Source: the human T2T-CHM13v2.0 reference genome, Homo sapiens
DNA: 64,000 bases
Assembly: GCF_009914755.1 (NCBI RefSeq)
Contig: NC_060941.1
Direction: 5' to 3' (one strand)
In this document: in pieces, positions 1 to 12,465 of the stretch
How the letters are laid out: each line of letters begins with the position of its first letter
How positions within the stretch are numbered: position 1 is the first letter of the stretch
Position numbers and translations under genes: made by a program
The notes under the pieces: generated by a model
The model's database searches: none
What the model saw: only the letters and a program-made list of their open reading frames with translations
What the model was told of the DNA's origin: nothing

Positions 1-1968
1 GAGAGGGCCAGGAGGGTTGAAGGGCATGTTGGAGAGCTTGGGGACTTCCAGGTCAAGAATAGTCAGGCCCTGATGTGCCTGGAAAATTGCCGAGAACAAC
101 TGAGATCTCTGCCTAGGGCCAGCCAGGAGGATGAGCAGGACGCACGCGCAGCCTCCCTGGCCAGTGTGGAGAGTGCACTCGTCAGCGCCATCCAAGCCCT
201 GCAGCACTGGCCGGCCCCAGCCCATGGCGGGGCCCGTGCACAGCTGGAGACAGGTGGCACCGAGGAGAATGGGAAGCCTGCCTCCCTGCAGCAGTGCTCC
301 CAGTCTGAGTTGACAGAGCAGGAGCAGGTGAGGCTTCTTTCTGACCAGATTGCTCTGGAGGCCTCGCTGATCAGCCAGATAGCAGATTCCCTGAAGAACA
401 CAACATCAGATGTCTCCCGAATGCTCCATGAGATTTCTTGGTCAGGACAGCCACCGATGGAATCTGCTGGGGCCCCCGTAGACACCTGGGCCAGGAAGGT
501 CCTAGTGGATGGTGAGTTCTGGAGCCAGGTTGAGTCTCTGAGGAAGCACTTGGGGACACTGGGAGGAGAGGCAGTCGGTGCCTCAGGAGACGGGCAGCAA
601 AGCATCCCACAGGGCCTGGCCCCCATCCTGGCCAATGCCACATGGGTCAGGGCAGAGCTCAGCTTTGCCACACAGTCAGTGAGGGAGTCGTTCCACCGCA
701 GGCTACAGAGCATCCAGGAGACCCTGCGGGGCACCCAGACGGCCCTGCGGCAGCACAAATGCCTGCTGAGGGAAATCCTGGGAGCCTACCAAACCCCAGA
801 CTTTGAAAGAGTGATGCAGCAGGTCTTGGAAGCCCTCAGGCTTCCAGCGGGCCATGAAGATGGTGTTCAGCTGTCCTGGGACCTGAGCCCCTTAGGAGAA
901 GTCCTGGGCCGAGACTCAGACAGCTCTCAGGAGCCCTTCGATGTGTCTGACCAGAGCCCTGGGGCCTTTGTTGCTATTCAGGAGGAGCTTGCCCAGCAGC
1001 TGAAGGAGAAGGCCAGCCTCTTAGAGGAGATAGCGGCTGCCTTACCATCTCTGCCACCTGTGGAATCGCTGAGAGATTGCCAGAAGCTTCTCCAGGTGTC
1101 CCAGAGTCTCTCGTATAACACTTGTTTGGGAGGCCTCGGTCAGTATTCTTCATTGTTGGTTCAGGATGCCATTATTCAGGCCCAGGTTTGCTATGCGTCC
1201 TGCAGAATCCGGCTAGAATATGAGAAGGAGCTCCAGCTCTGCAAGGAGTCCTGGCAAACCCGGGAGCCCTCCTGCTCAGAGCAGGCACAGGCAGCCCGGG
1301 CCCTGAGGGAGGAGTATGAGGAGCTTCTCCGCAAGCAGAAGAGCGAGTACCTGGATGTGATCGCCATTGTTGAAAGGGAGAATGCAGAGCTCAAGGCCAA
1401 GGCCGCCCAGCTAGACCATCAGCAGCAGTGTCTGGAGGATGCAGAGAGCAAGCACAGCATGAGCATGTTCACCCTGCGGGGCAGGTATGAGGAGGAGATT
1501 CGGTGTGTGGTGGAGCAGCTGACCAGGACCGAGAGCACACTGCAGGCTGAGCGCAGCCGGGTCCTGAGCCAGCTGGATGCCTCGGTCAGAGACAGGCAGG
1601 ACATGGAGAGGCATCATGGTGAGCAGATACAGACCCTGGAGGACAGGTTCCAGCTCAAGGTCCGGGAGCTGCAGACGATCCACGAGGAGGAGCTGAGGAC
1701 CCTGCAGGAGCACTACTCGCAGAGCCTGAGGTGCCTTCAGGACACCCTCTGCCTCCACCAGGGGCCACACCCCAAGGCCCTGCCAGCCCCTGCCCCCAAC
1801 TGGCAGGCCACCCAGGGAGAGGCTGACTCCATGACGGGGCTGAGGGAGCGCATCCAGGAGCTGGAGGCCCAGATGGATGTCATGCGGGAGGAGCTGGGAC
1901 ACAAGGACCTGGAGGGCGACGCGGCCACACTGCGTGAGAAGTACCAGAGGGACTTGGAGAGCCTTAAG
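1..1968 (+). CDS. MPRIP: MPRIP giant internal coding exon (3' part, starts before window), long-isoform coiled-coil region
   Basis: Frame 1 is open from base 1 (ERARRVEGHV...) through ORF 73..2010. E/Q/L-rich heptad-like sequence. Donor AAG|GTCTTA at 1968/1969 is phase 0, matching the next MPRIP exon. Confidence 0.9.
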
Positions 1969-4135
1969 GTCTTAACGCCCCATTCAATTTGCAGAGCAGA
2001 TCTTCCTTGATAATGGGGTGGGTGTGGGGACGTCTGGCTCAGCTACCGTGCAGGCAGAATTGAGGGGATATGCTGCTGTCCCTCTACTTGCTAGCCATGG
2101 TGTGGTCTCAGCAGGGCCTGGGCCGCAGGCTTAGCCTCTTGTTCGGCATCCCCCAGTGTCCTCCACCAGGAGGAGAACTAGCAGGAGGGCCGCCAGGGTC
2201 CCTGGTGGGAGAGGAGCACGTAGTCTTCCCAGCACTTCCCTGCCTGCCTAATGCGGCCTCTCCGTGTTCCTGAGAGCAGCCCCCAATCCCCTTGCCAGCC
2301 TTGCCTCCTTCCTGCCCCTGCCCCGGGAACCCCGTCTGGCCCAGTCCCAGCCCAAATCTGAGGCAGCTGCCTGAGGACAGCCTTGTACTCACAGCAACAC
2401 CCCGGAGAGCCAGGGCCCAGTTGGAGGGCAGTCTCCTCCTGATTGCCCTAGGAGAGCACAGTCGGGCGGAGGGTCCCTCTCTGGAACTGGCATTTGATGT
2501 GTGCTCTGGTGAGAAGAACTTTCCCACGGAGCACAGCCTCCAGCCACTCCTGTCCCCTTCCCCAGGACCTTTACAAGTAGATTTTCCCCAGAACTGTCCT
2601 GCATCCCCGCCCCTGAGGTCCTGGAGCACAAAGGCGAAATGCCAGGCCCTGGAGGTGGTGGTGGGCTGAGTGGAGGCCCAGCTGTCTGGCCCCACCCTTT
2701 GTAGCTGCAGGCCACACCCACCATGTGTGGCTGTCAAGCATCATCCCTTAGACTCAAAAGTTTACCATGATACCTGTGCCCTTATGTTCCTTCCACTCAG
2801 GAAGCTGCCCCAGTAAATGACTAGGATGACTAGGCCCCTCAAAAGCCATGTTCAGGTGGTGCCTTCCACGCTCATGTGGCAGAGCCAGGCGCGCACACAG
2901 CCAGCACCATTGTGCTGCAAGCTCCTGACTCCCAGGTGGCTGCCACTGCTCCTGCCTACACATCCTCACAGCCACTGTCTAGCAGGACACCTGTTTTTCC
3001 CAGCCCGTTACTCCTGTAGCTCTGAATGGAAACAGCAGCTCACATGTCACCTCTGTGTGACGGACTCGGCCCCACCCAGACACACAGGTGTGGTTGTCAG
3101 CGAGCACCTCAGGAGAACTGAGAAGCTCTTTTTCACCATTCTTTCCCCAAATCAGTCAAAACCTTTTAAAAACCATTATGAGTTGTGAGAAGGTTTCAAC
3201 AGCTATGTTTTCAAAGTGTGTGTATATGATGGCACTGTGGTCAGTTCACCAAGAGCAGCACTGAGATGGGTGGATCCAGGTGCACCTTGAAAAGTTAATT
3301 GCACAAACCTTTGCTTTGACCCCAAATACGCTTGCTAGTGCCCTTCCCTGCAGCTTCCCAGACAATCAGCAGGGTCCATGGGGGCAGGGCCTGGGCACAG
3401 CAATGCCCTGCTTCCTGTCTGCATCCATAAGAGGCCCCTCCACACCGAGGCTGCTTTAGGTTAGCCAACCAGGTGCAGGGGAGGCCCCATGCAGGTGCCA
3501 TTATACCAACAGTGAGCAAGAAATCAGAAAAAAGAGGACTGCCTTATGTTGAGAACTGACCAGAGATTGTGCTGGGCCAGTGTCACTAGGAGGGAGAAAC
3601 AGATGATGCAGGTCGGGATGAGGCCCCTCCCAGGGGCTTGGACACTGTCCACTCCCTGCTGCCTTAGCTGCCGTTGCATAGTGTCCCCTCCTGTGCCTGG
3701 GAGCTTCTAGCCCAGGTGTGGTGTTCTCACCCACCCCTGCAGACTTACAGAACTTGTAAATAGACAGCACCTTGAGATTTCATCACTTTATGCAGATTTC
3801 CACTTGGGTCGTTGGGGACAGGGTCTTGGCCTAACAGCCGTCCTCTGACATCCACAGGCTCCCACCACACCACGATTGCAGTCATCGGGGAACTTCTTTT
3901 GGTGTCAGGAATGATTGGCTTAAATTAACATTTGTTTGCAAGATCAATTATTTTTTAGCATATAGTTTCTCTCCAAAGAAGCAACTAGGTCTTTAAAGAT
4001 GTCCCAGTGCTTCTGTTAGATTTTTGACTCTTACCTGCATAATATTCCAAAGCACTCAGATCAAAATAAGACTTTTCCCAGCAAGTAGACTCAAAGAAAA
4101 AAAAAAAAGACTTAAAAGATCTATTAATACTAGTT

Positions 4136-4240
4136 GTGCTCGTTTTAGCAGCATATATACTAAAATTGGAATGATACAGAGAAGATTAGTATGGCCCCTT
4201 TACAAGGATGACACACAAATTCATGAAGTATTCCATATAT
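4136..4240 (+). pseudogene. U6 snRNA retropseudogene
   Basis: gtgctcg...atatactaaaattggaatgatacagagaagattag...caaggatgacacacaaattcatgaag...ttccata aligns with full-length U6 (ACAGAGA box intact); CpG decay; AT/T/A tail. Confidence 0.93.
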
Positions 4241-5770
4241 ATATATATATTTTTTTTTTTAAATTAAAAAAGACCTATTAGTTAAATGTGTTAACTGAGA
4301 AGCCACATACAAACCGAAGCGAGTGGGAGGAAGAAAGAAGAGCTCAACCTTGGGGCCTGAGGACCAGGAGCTCCAGAGCTCCGAGCTCCTGCAGCCGTCC
4401 TGAGGTGTGAGGGTGGCAGAAAGAGACAGATGCTTCCAGGTGGAGCCGCTGGGAGAGGGGATGGGACGCCTAGTTAATAGTGGCAATAGCTGAGACATTC
4501 ACCCAGAGCAGCACATAGGTTGCAGTCAAGTCCAGACTGACCACGAGTTTGGAAATACTGCCTGAGGCTCTCAGAGTTGGCCATCACCAAAAGTGGGCCC
4601 AGAGAAAAATGCCCAGGCATGCTGATAGGATTTCTTGGTATCCTTTCTTGAATCCACATGCAAGAAGATTAACCAAGTGGTGCAGGCTATCAGCCCAGAG
4701 TGGGGAAACCCCCACACTTGAATTTGGAATGGAATGTGGCCACGTTCTTCCAGTTTTTAAAACTCAGCGAGAGGCCCAGTCCCTTCTCTGAAGCAGACCA
4801 CTTGAAGGATTTAGACAGAAAGTGTGTGCCTCCGTGCTCAAAATAGCTGCACACCCACCCTTCCCGGCAGCTGTGCAGCACGCTCACCTGCTTTGTTAGT
4901 GAGCACAGCTCTGATAACCAGGCCTGGGCTTCCTGGTGTGGCTTGCTCCCATCCTGGGGCATGCCTATGTCGCTCTAGGGAGGCACAGGAGAGTTTGGAA
5001 AGCAGGTCTCCTGTCATGTACTTGTTAGAGTTAGCAGAGGTGCTAAGTCATTGGTGCCCTTCTTTAAGAAAAGAGTAAGAAAGAAGACACAGGCTAGAAG
5101 GAAGGGGAGCCTGTAGCCTGATCTTACTCCCTCAGTCAACACCTGAGCATTAAGTGACCAGCTGGAGGTTGTCAGCTGGCTAGTGGCAGAGTCCCAACCC
5201 CCAGCTCCCAGAAGTGGACTCTATGTACCCCCAACCCACTGTGGGTTGAGAGGCTCCCAGCCCGGTGCCCGCCAGGCCACTCCCTATATGTGGAATGGCC
5301 TTGGTTCCCTCCAGCAGACAAGTCCCTCATCCCTGTTTTACGGGCCTTTCACCGTGTCCCTCCAGACCAGACACAGCCAGCCTCTGCCCACGTGCTCTCT
5401 CTTCCTTCCTGTGGGTCCCACCTGGCAGCAACGCAGGAAGGTCCAGGGTTGGCTGGTTTCCATTTCATAGCAGCCTGTCCCCACCTACCATACCAACTTC
5501 TCCCAGGAAGAAATGGGGCACAGTACAGTCACAGAAATAAGAGGTAGAGTTGACTGGTAACACCCTTTTCTGAATGCTCTGATGGCATTGCTGAGAATCC
5601 CCAGACAGCCCCAGGGATCCTGTTCAGGGCGCCCATGGTGGAGCAAGCTCAGTGAATGCCCAGTCACAGCTGGGCCTGGACAGGGTGGGATTCCTGGCTC
5701 CTTTATTTAAAAGGGCCCCCAACTTAGAGGTAAAGAAAGAAGTCGATGAAGTCCCTTTTGCATTTTGCAG

Positions 5771-5918
5771 GCCACGTGCGAGCGAGGGTTTGCAGCAATG
5801 GAAGAAACGCACCAGAAGAAGATTGAAGATCTCCAGAGGCAGCACCAGCGGGAGCTAGAGAAACTTCGAGAAGAGAAAGACCGCCTCCTAGCCGAGGAGA
5901 CAGCGGCCACCATCTCAG
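5771..5918 (+). CDS. MPRIP: MPRIP exon (ATCERGFAAMEETHQKK...EETAATIS)
   Basis: Acceptor ttttgcag|GCC and donor TCAG|gttggg. Translation recognised as MPRIP C-terminal coiled coil. Confidence 0.95.
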
Positions 5919-6750
5919 GTTGGGGGGTGGGGTAACCCTGAGGGCAGGGTGGGTGGCCAGCTTTTTTTGAGCTAGACACACAACTCAGAGGAATGGCAGC
6001 CTTTAAATTGCCTTTTGGCTGAGATGTAAACTTCATTGTTGAAGGGTTCTTTGACTGTTCACTCTGAGGCAAAGGCCAATTTTAGGTCCCTTTTGAGAGC
6101 TTGTAAACTGAGAGCGCACACTTCGACCCCTGACAGCCCCGTCGTGGCCGGCTGCACACAAGGAGCTGTCCCAACCTGTGACTTTCCAGTTCCAACAAGT
6201 AGACTGACCAGTGTCAGTCCAGCCAGTGACTTTCCCCCTGACAGACACCTGTCAACGTGGGACCACCTCTGGCCAGAATGCCCCTGCCGTCAGCGTGAAG
6301 ATATGTAGCTTCACCGGCAGGTGGCCCTAAACAAGCACGTCCCCTCCGCCTTGTGCTGCCTTCCCTTTATGTAATCGCCACCTCAGTGGTTTGTTAATTT
6401 AGTTCGAAGGAAGAAAATACACCAGCACAAAAGCTTGCTTGTTTTATAAACTCATGTTGGAATTTAACAATGACATTTATTTAATCAGTTTGGTTTTCTT
6501 CTAACACCAAAAAAAAAGCCAAACGTGCATTCCTTCCAGGGGGAGTTCATGAAGAATTCTCCCAGCCTGCACCCACCTCAGAGAATTGGTTCATGAGGGG
6601 CCAGCCTGTCATGCAAAATCCAACTGCTGATTGACTAAGCAAGCATCAGCAGTGGCAGGCGCCATCCCATTGTGTGGAGCTCCCCACCCCCACCCCTGTC
6701 AGCAGGAAGGGCGTGGTCCCTCGGTGCTGAGGCCGTGTCCTTGCCTGCAG

Positions 6751-6868
6751 CCATCGAAGCCATGAAGAACGCCCACCGGGAGGAAATGGAGCGGGAGCTG
6801 GAGAAGAGCCAGCGGTCCCAGATCAGCAGCGTCAACTCGGATGTTGAGGCCCTGCGGCGCCAGTACCT
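6751..6868 (+). CDS. MPRIP: MPRIP exon (AIEAMKNAHREEMERELEKS...RRQYL)
   Basis: cctgcag|CC acceptor and CT|gtaagt donor; phase consistent with neighbours. Confidence 0.95.
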
Positions 6869-7968
6869 GTAAGTGGCTGGGCCTGCCCATCTGCCCTTGG
6901 GAGGGCCCCTCTGGGGTGCTGACCAGGCCACAGCTGGGCCCTTCCTGTGTCTTTGCAGAGGCCTCCAGAAGTGGGGCCTGGGGCCCCTGGGTGCTGAGGG
7001 CAGCTCAGATGCCCTCTTGTCCAGTGCAGGATATGGCCCAAGTGGGGCCTCCTTTATTCAGAGAGACTGTTCCTCGAAATGCCAAGAACGAGATGTAACA
7101 AACGAAATCTTAAACTCCCCTCTTGTCCAGGGCTGATCCCAGCAACTGCCCAGATGTGTTCTTCGACAGCTGCCCTGCTAGCCCACCAGGAGCCAGGCAG
7201 CCGGGCTTGGTCGTACAGGGCAGAAGTGAGAACTAGCACTGTGGTTTAAAACCACACGTGCTGATTCCCTCTGCACAGGCAGGATAGAACAATACCAGAA
7301 AAACTGCTGTAGACTTTTTTCACTTGGTAGAATTGACACAGCCAGAAGCCCACAGATTGGCCACCATGAGCCTCACGGCACTCAGGCTCTACCAGGAGCC
7401 TTTATAGCATAGCCGAAGCCAGGGGCCCTGCCTCAGGAGCTGGCAGCAGTCAGCAGCACCCTGTAGAGGCTCACGCTGACCTTGGTCAGAGCAGGGTGGC
7501 CCACCTGGAAGCCCCTCATCCCTGGTTCACCTGCAGGAGGACGGCCCTCCTGGATCCAGGGTGGCAGAACAGCCTCAGGAAGCTTGGGTTTTTGGGTCTT
7601 GTGTAGAGCCTGGTCCTGGCTGTCAGACACAGATGGCTTCAAAAGTGGGTTTACTGAAAACAAATTCTGAGTCAGAAGAGAGTTCTAGAAATGGGGGTTC
7701 TGTGTGGCTGCAGACTGGACTCTGTCCTGACTGGCATCCCCAGAGAAGTGCTAGCTGTAGGACTGTCAGACTGTGAGAAAGGACCAGGGAGGGGCGTGAG
7801 GCCATCTCTGTAAGGGATCCCTTACTCTGTATGACCCAGGCTGATTAAGACAACAGACTGTGTGGGCCTGACCTGTGCTTGGCTGTGTCTGGTGTCAAGG
7901 AGGGACACCGGCCTCTGAGAGGCCTTGTCCAGAAGCAGGCAGAGGAGTGAGTGCTGCCCTCTCCCCAG

Positions 7969-8128
7969 GGAGGAGCTGCAGTCGGTGCAGCGGGAACTGG
8001 AGGTCCTCTCGGAGCAGTACTCGCAGAAGTGCCTGGAGAATGCCCATCTGGCCCAGGCGCTGGAGGCCGAGCGGCAGGCCCTGCGGCAGTGCCAGCGTGA
8101 GAACCAGGAGCTCAATGCCCACAACCAG
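7969..8128 (+). CDS. MPRIP: MPRIP exon (EELQSVQRELEVLSEQYSQK...NAHNQ)
   Basis: ctccccag|G acceptor and CAG|gtgagc donor. Confidence 0.95.
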
Positions 8129-8606
8129 GTGAGCCTGCAGCCAGGTGAGCCCAAGGTTAGTCAGGGGCACTCAAGGTCAGGTAGACCCATAGTCAGGTGA
8201 GTCCACACTGGAGCTGGAGCCAGGCCTCACCCTCAAAGTGGCATGAAGGTCCCTGAACCACAGAGTGGTTACCTGCCCCAGGGCTTCTCCCTGCCACCCA
8301 GCGTGGCCATCTGTGTTGTCAGAAACATCACCGCGGATAGCTAGAGCAACGCTGTACTGCCACGTGCACCACCTGCTTACACATGACATCACTCTTGCTT
8401 TGACCCTTTCTGAGACTCTCGGGTGTCTTGGTGTCTTCTCTGTGCTCCTCTGAACCTCTGGCTCACTGTTTCTGGGCAGGGCCTGGCAGGGTCATCCCAA
8501 TCCTCCAGGATCCTGTCCCCCAGGGATTGAGCTGACACTTCTCAGGGTCAGGCTTACGGCTCACATTTATTTTTGTCAGATTTTTTTTCTTAAGATTTGC
8601 TTGCTC

Positions 8607-8865
8607 TGTCCGGGCGCGGTGGCTCACGCCTGTAATCCCAGCGCTTTGGGAGGCCAAGACGGGCGGATCACAAGGTCAGGGATTGAGACCATCCTGGCTA
8701 ACATGGTGAAACCCCATCTCTACTAAAAATACAAAAAATTAGCTGGGTGTGGTGGCGGGCGCCTATAGTCCCATCTACTGGGAAGGCTGAGGCAGGAGAA
8801 TGGTGTGAACTCGGGAGGCGGAGCCTGGGTGACAGAGCGAGACTCCGTCTAAAAAAAAAAAAAAA
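8607..8865 (+). mobile_element. Alu (AluY-like) with right-arm internal deletion
   Basis: Alu consensus, A-tail, and TSD aagatttgcttgctc at 8592-8606 and 8866-8880. Confidence 0.92.
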
Positions 8866-9345
8866 AAGATTTGCTTGCTCCTTAGTTAATTGGGGTGCAT
8901 TTAAATCCTGGCTAATGGAAAGGTTCAAGCCAGGATTCGTTCAATATTGGCTTTTCTGTGGGCACCAAATTAAAACAGCCCTCTATGACCCTGCCCTGCA
9001 CAAACACCCCCTGGGGCTGGGAACATAGTCCCTTTCTCACCTGAGGCCTTCCCAAGGGGCATGGCTGCTGCACAGGGCTGTGTATGAGGCTGCTCAGGCA
9101 GGACTGGGTCCACTCACTGCTGCTGTGGCTTAAAGATTACCCCACAGGAGCTCAGATGGGACCAGCCATGGAACAGATTGACACTAGTTATTGTGACAGA
9201 AAGGAATTAAGGGTTATCGATTGGATCCTGCCTACGCAGTTCCACAGATACACAAAGAACCTAGGGAAATGGCCTTCCCGGGTTGTGTCATGCGACTTGG
9301 CCCCAGGCAGCTCTGGAGTGTCACTGTTGTGTTGCTGTCCCCCAG

Positions 9346-9465
9346 GAGCTGAACAACCGCCTGGCTGCAGAGATCACACGGTTGCGGACGCTGCTGACTG
9401 GGGACGGCGGTGGGGAGGCCACTGGGTCACCCCTTGCACAGGGCAAGGATGCCTATGAACTAGAG
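9346..9465 (+). CDS. MPRIP: MPRIP exon (ELNNRLAAEITRLR...DAYELE)
   Basis: cccccag|GAG acceptor and GAG|gtacca donor; 120 nt, phase 0. Confidence 0.95.
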
Positions 9466-9916
9466 GTACCATCAGGAGCCAGGCCCTGCCTGACTCAGCT
9501 CTGCACCCAGGAACCCCAGGGGAGTGCAGCATGGCCCCTGTCTTACAGGGTTGTGGGAGGAACAGACCTGAGACAGCAGGAGTCACAGGGTCCAGGAAGA
9601 TCCAAATCACCCGAAGGCGGCGAGGAGCAGTGAGCTGCCAGGTGGCATGAGAGCCACTAGCCGAGTGGAGCCCTCGAGGGGCTGTGGGGATCCTGACCCC
9701 ATCTCACTCCACCCACTCCCCTCCATTTCTGCTATGCCACAAACACTGACCACTCAAAAGGACACGTTCTGTAGCCATGTGGCTGCTGCAGCTCAGGTCA
9801 GGGAGGCTCGCTTTATGTTAGAATGATGGATTCTGGAGTATAGGGTGTCCTTTTAGGAAGGCACTTAGATTTCTCCACATTCAATTAAAATTTCACCCTA
9901 AAATGTGCTAAAATTT

Positions 9917-10107
9917 CAGCACTCAGCCAGCCAGAGCTCACCCAGCTGGGCTGGTTCTGGTGGCTTTGAGCTTTGTCTCTGTCGTGGAGCCGCCTCCTGG
10001 CAGTGACACTGAGAGGCCAAGGCTGGGAGGGACCAGTGCTTGGTGTGATCAGCTCCTGCCCCGAGTCCAGGTGTTGGGCCGCTGTCTGCTGTGCCTGTGC
10101 CTTGTAC
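9917..10107 (+). repeat. Copy 1 of non-Alu intronic direct repeat (copy 2 at 14254-14467)
   Basis: Shared blocks such as gctgggctggttctggtggctttgagct and tgatcagctcctgcc. Confidence 0.9.
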
Positions 10108-10478
10108 TAAATGAGTGCTTTACCAAAAGGGCGGGCAAGAGAGGCTGAGTGAGTCTGACACAAGTGTCAGTGGTAACATTTCCTGATTCTCGCGGGCTTG
10201 GTCCCCAGAGACAAGCAGGTCTAGTTCACAGCACCCCAGGCTGAGGAGGGAGTCCTTGGCACTGGGAGGAATCACGGCCATTTCCTTCCTCTTCCTGTTT
10301 CTGTATGTGAGGCTGAAGCTGTGAGCGGTGTTTAAACGATGCTTGCCCGCATTGGGCACCACGAGGCTGCCCTGCTCACTGGTGATTGGAGAGCCCTCTG
10401 CACGCTTCAGCCTGCTGTGGAGACTCTGGAGGTTTCTTTGCTCCTGAATATTGGTCCCTGATCTCTCTGTCATTTTAG

Positions 10479-10565
10479 GTCTTATTGCGGGTAAAGGAAT
10501 CGGAAATACAGTACCTGAAACAGGAGATTAGCTCCCTCAAGGATGAGCTGCAGACGGCACTGCGG
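10479..10565 (+). CDS. MPRIP: MPRIP exon (VLLRVKESEIQYLKQEISSLKDELQTALR)
   Basis: cattttag|GTC acceptor and CGG|gtaagg donor. Confidence 0.95.
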
Positions 10566-11302
10566 GTAAGGCCACCGCACCACAGGAGGGCGGGTACGGG
10601 AACAGGCTCTAGGTGACATGCGCCTCCTGAACTCAGGCTGGTGCTCAGCGCGGGCTCTTCTGAAGCAGATTTTACTCTTGTGAGGAAGGAGGTTTCCAAA
10701 ATCAAGCCCTCTTAAAAGACCAGCCTGCAGGCAGGTGCTGTGGGAACGTGGACATGAGCAACCTGCCTGGCCTGGCTCCAGCTTCAGTGTGTATGTGCTT
10801 TTTGTGTGCCTTGGGAGGAATGTTCCAGAGAAAAGGCCTGTGAAGTGAGGCAAGGCTTGACTTCCATTTGAGCCGCCCCCTGGCTTCCACCAGCCTCCTC
10901 CAGGGACTCCTGGAGTCAGGGGAGATGACAGAATCATTGGTGGTCACTCAGTCACCTAGGGAATCTAGGACACAGAGAGGATTTCCAGGCTGAAGCCCAC
11001 AAGGGAGGGGCCTGGGCACTCAGGGCCACACCAGGCTGGTCGGGCAATCCCGGAACTGCCTCCTGCACTCACCGGGCCTGGAGATTATCCTGCCATGTCC
11101 TGATGGCTGTGCCCGTGTCCTTAGGCCCCGTGGTTTTTCCTCTCTGTCCACTGTCTGCCTCTAGAAGACAGAGGTGAACAAGCCTCCTCTTCCGCCCACA
11201 GCAAGCCTCCCTACCGTGTTCAGTCCCCAGGAAGACAGGCCATGTTGTATGTGCTCCTCTTTCCTGGATGTAACTACCATTCTCTGTCATTTCACTCCCA
11301 AG

Positions 11303-11465
11303 GACAAGAAGTACGCAAGTGACAAGTACAAAGACATCTACACAGAGCTCAGCATCGCGAAGGCTAAGGCTGACTGTGACATCAGCAGGTTGAAGGAGCA
11401 GCTCAAGGCTGCAACGGAAGCACTGGGGGAGAAGTCCCCTGACAGTGCCACGGTGTCCGGATATG
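11303..11465 (+). CDS. MPRIP: MPRIP exon (DKKYASDKYKDIYTELSIAK...TVSGY)
   Basis: ctcccaag|GAC acceptor and TATG|gtgcgt donor. Confidence 0.95.
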
Positions 11466-11978
11466 GTGCGTCCTCGGGTCATGCCCTCTCGGTTATTGCT
11501 GGGGGGCTTATGGGGGTTTGGTCGTAGAGGTTTCCCGGTGCTTGACTTGAAGCAGAAGAGTCCCAGTGATGCTTGTAGACCCAGGCATCCCAGTGGAGCA
11601 GGAGCACCAGCTTCACACGGCTGCCCCAGACAGGCCTTGCTCTCCCCATCGCAGCAGTGGATGCTGTGCTGATTGCTCTAGGGAGAACCCATAGTATCAG
11701 CATAATATTTTCGAAATAATAACAAGTCTTATTTTTCTAAAGAACTCAACCACTGGGCAGAAGTAGCTCTCACTAGCTGCTTGATCCTAGGATTTGACTA
11801 TAATATCTGTAAAAGGCCATAGAGTGGAGAATGGGAGGGAGCTCCCTGCTTTCTGGAATGAACAACAGAACTGGCCCTTTTTTTCTTGGCTAAAAACATT
11901 TAGGTACCCTGTAAAAAATAGATGGCAGGAAGGATGAAAGAGTTAACATTTTATCAAGCATTTTCAGCTCATACGTAA

Positions 11979-12275
11979 TTTTTTTTTTTTTTTTTTGAAA
12001 CTGGGTCTTGCTCTGTTGCCCAGGGTGGAATGCAATGGCGTGATTTCACTGCAGCCTCCGCCTCCCAGGCTCAAGGATTCTCCCACCTTAGCCTCCCCAG
12101 TAGCTGGGACTACAGGAGTGCACCACAAAACACCTGGCTAATTTTTGTATTTTTAGTAGAGACAGAGTTTCACCACGTTGCTCAGACTGATCTCAAACTC
12201 CTGGGCTCAAGCGATCCAGCCACCTTGGCCTCCCAAAGTGCTGAGATTACAGGTGTGAGCCACTGCACCTGGCCA
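11979..12275 (-). mobile_element. Alu (older, AluJ-like)
   Basis: Poly-T followed by antisense Alu consensus. Confidence 0.9.
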
Positions 12276-12465
12276 GATTATACATAATTTCATTTGACCT
12301 TCATCTTGATTTTTTATACAGAGACGCACAAACAGGAAAAGATGTGCTAGCTCACTAATATCAAAAAAGAAAAAATCAACTTTTTTTCTGTCAGGCAAGG
12401 AATAGTGATTATGTACTGACAGATGCTGGGAGGAAGACTTCATTTTTCCATAAATACCTTGAGTA

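Noticed and set aside
63-1928. Minus-strand ORFs of 60-231 aa
   Set aside because: Antisense shadows of the GC-rich MPRIP coding exon, with no independent gene signals.
10155-10170. Perfect short hairpin ctgacac-aa-gtgtcag
   Set aside because: A 7-bp stem is expected by chance in 64 kb.
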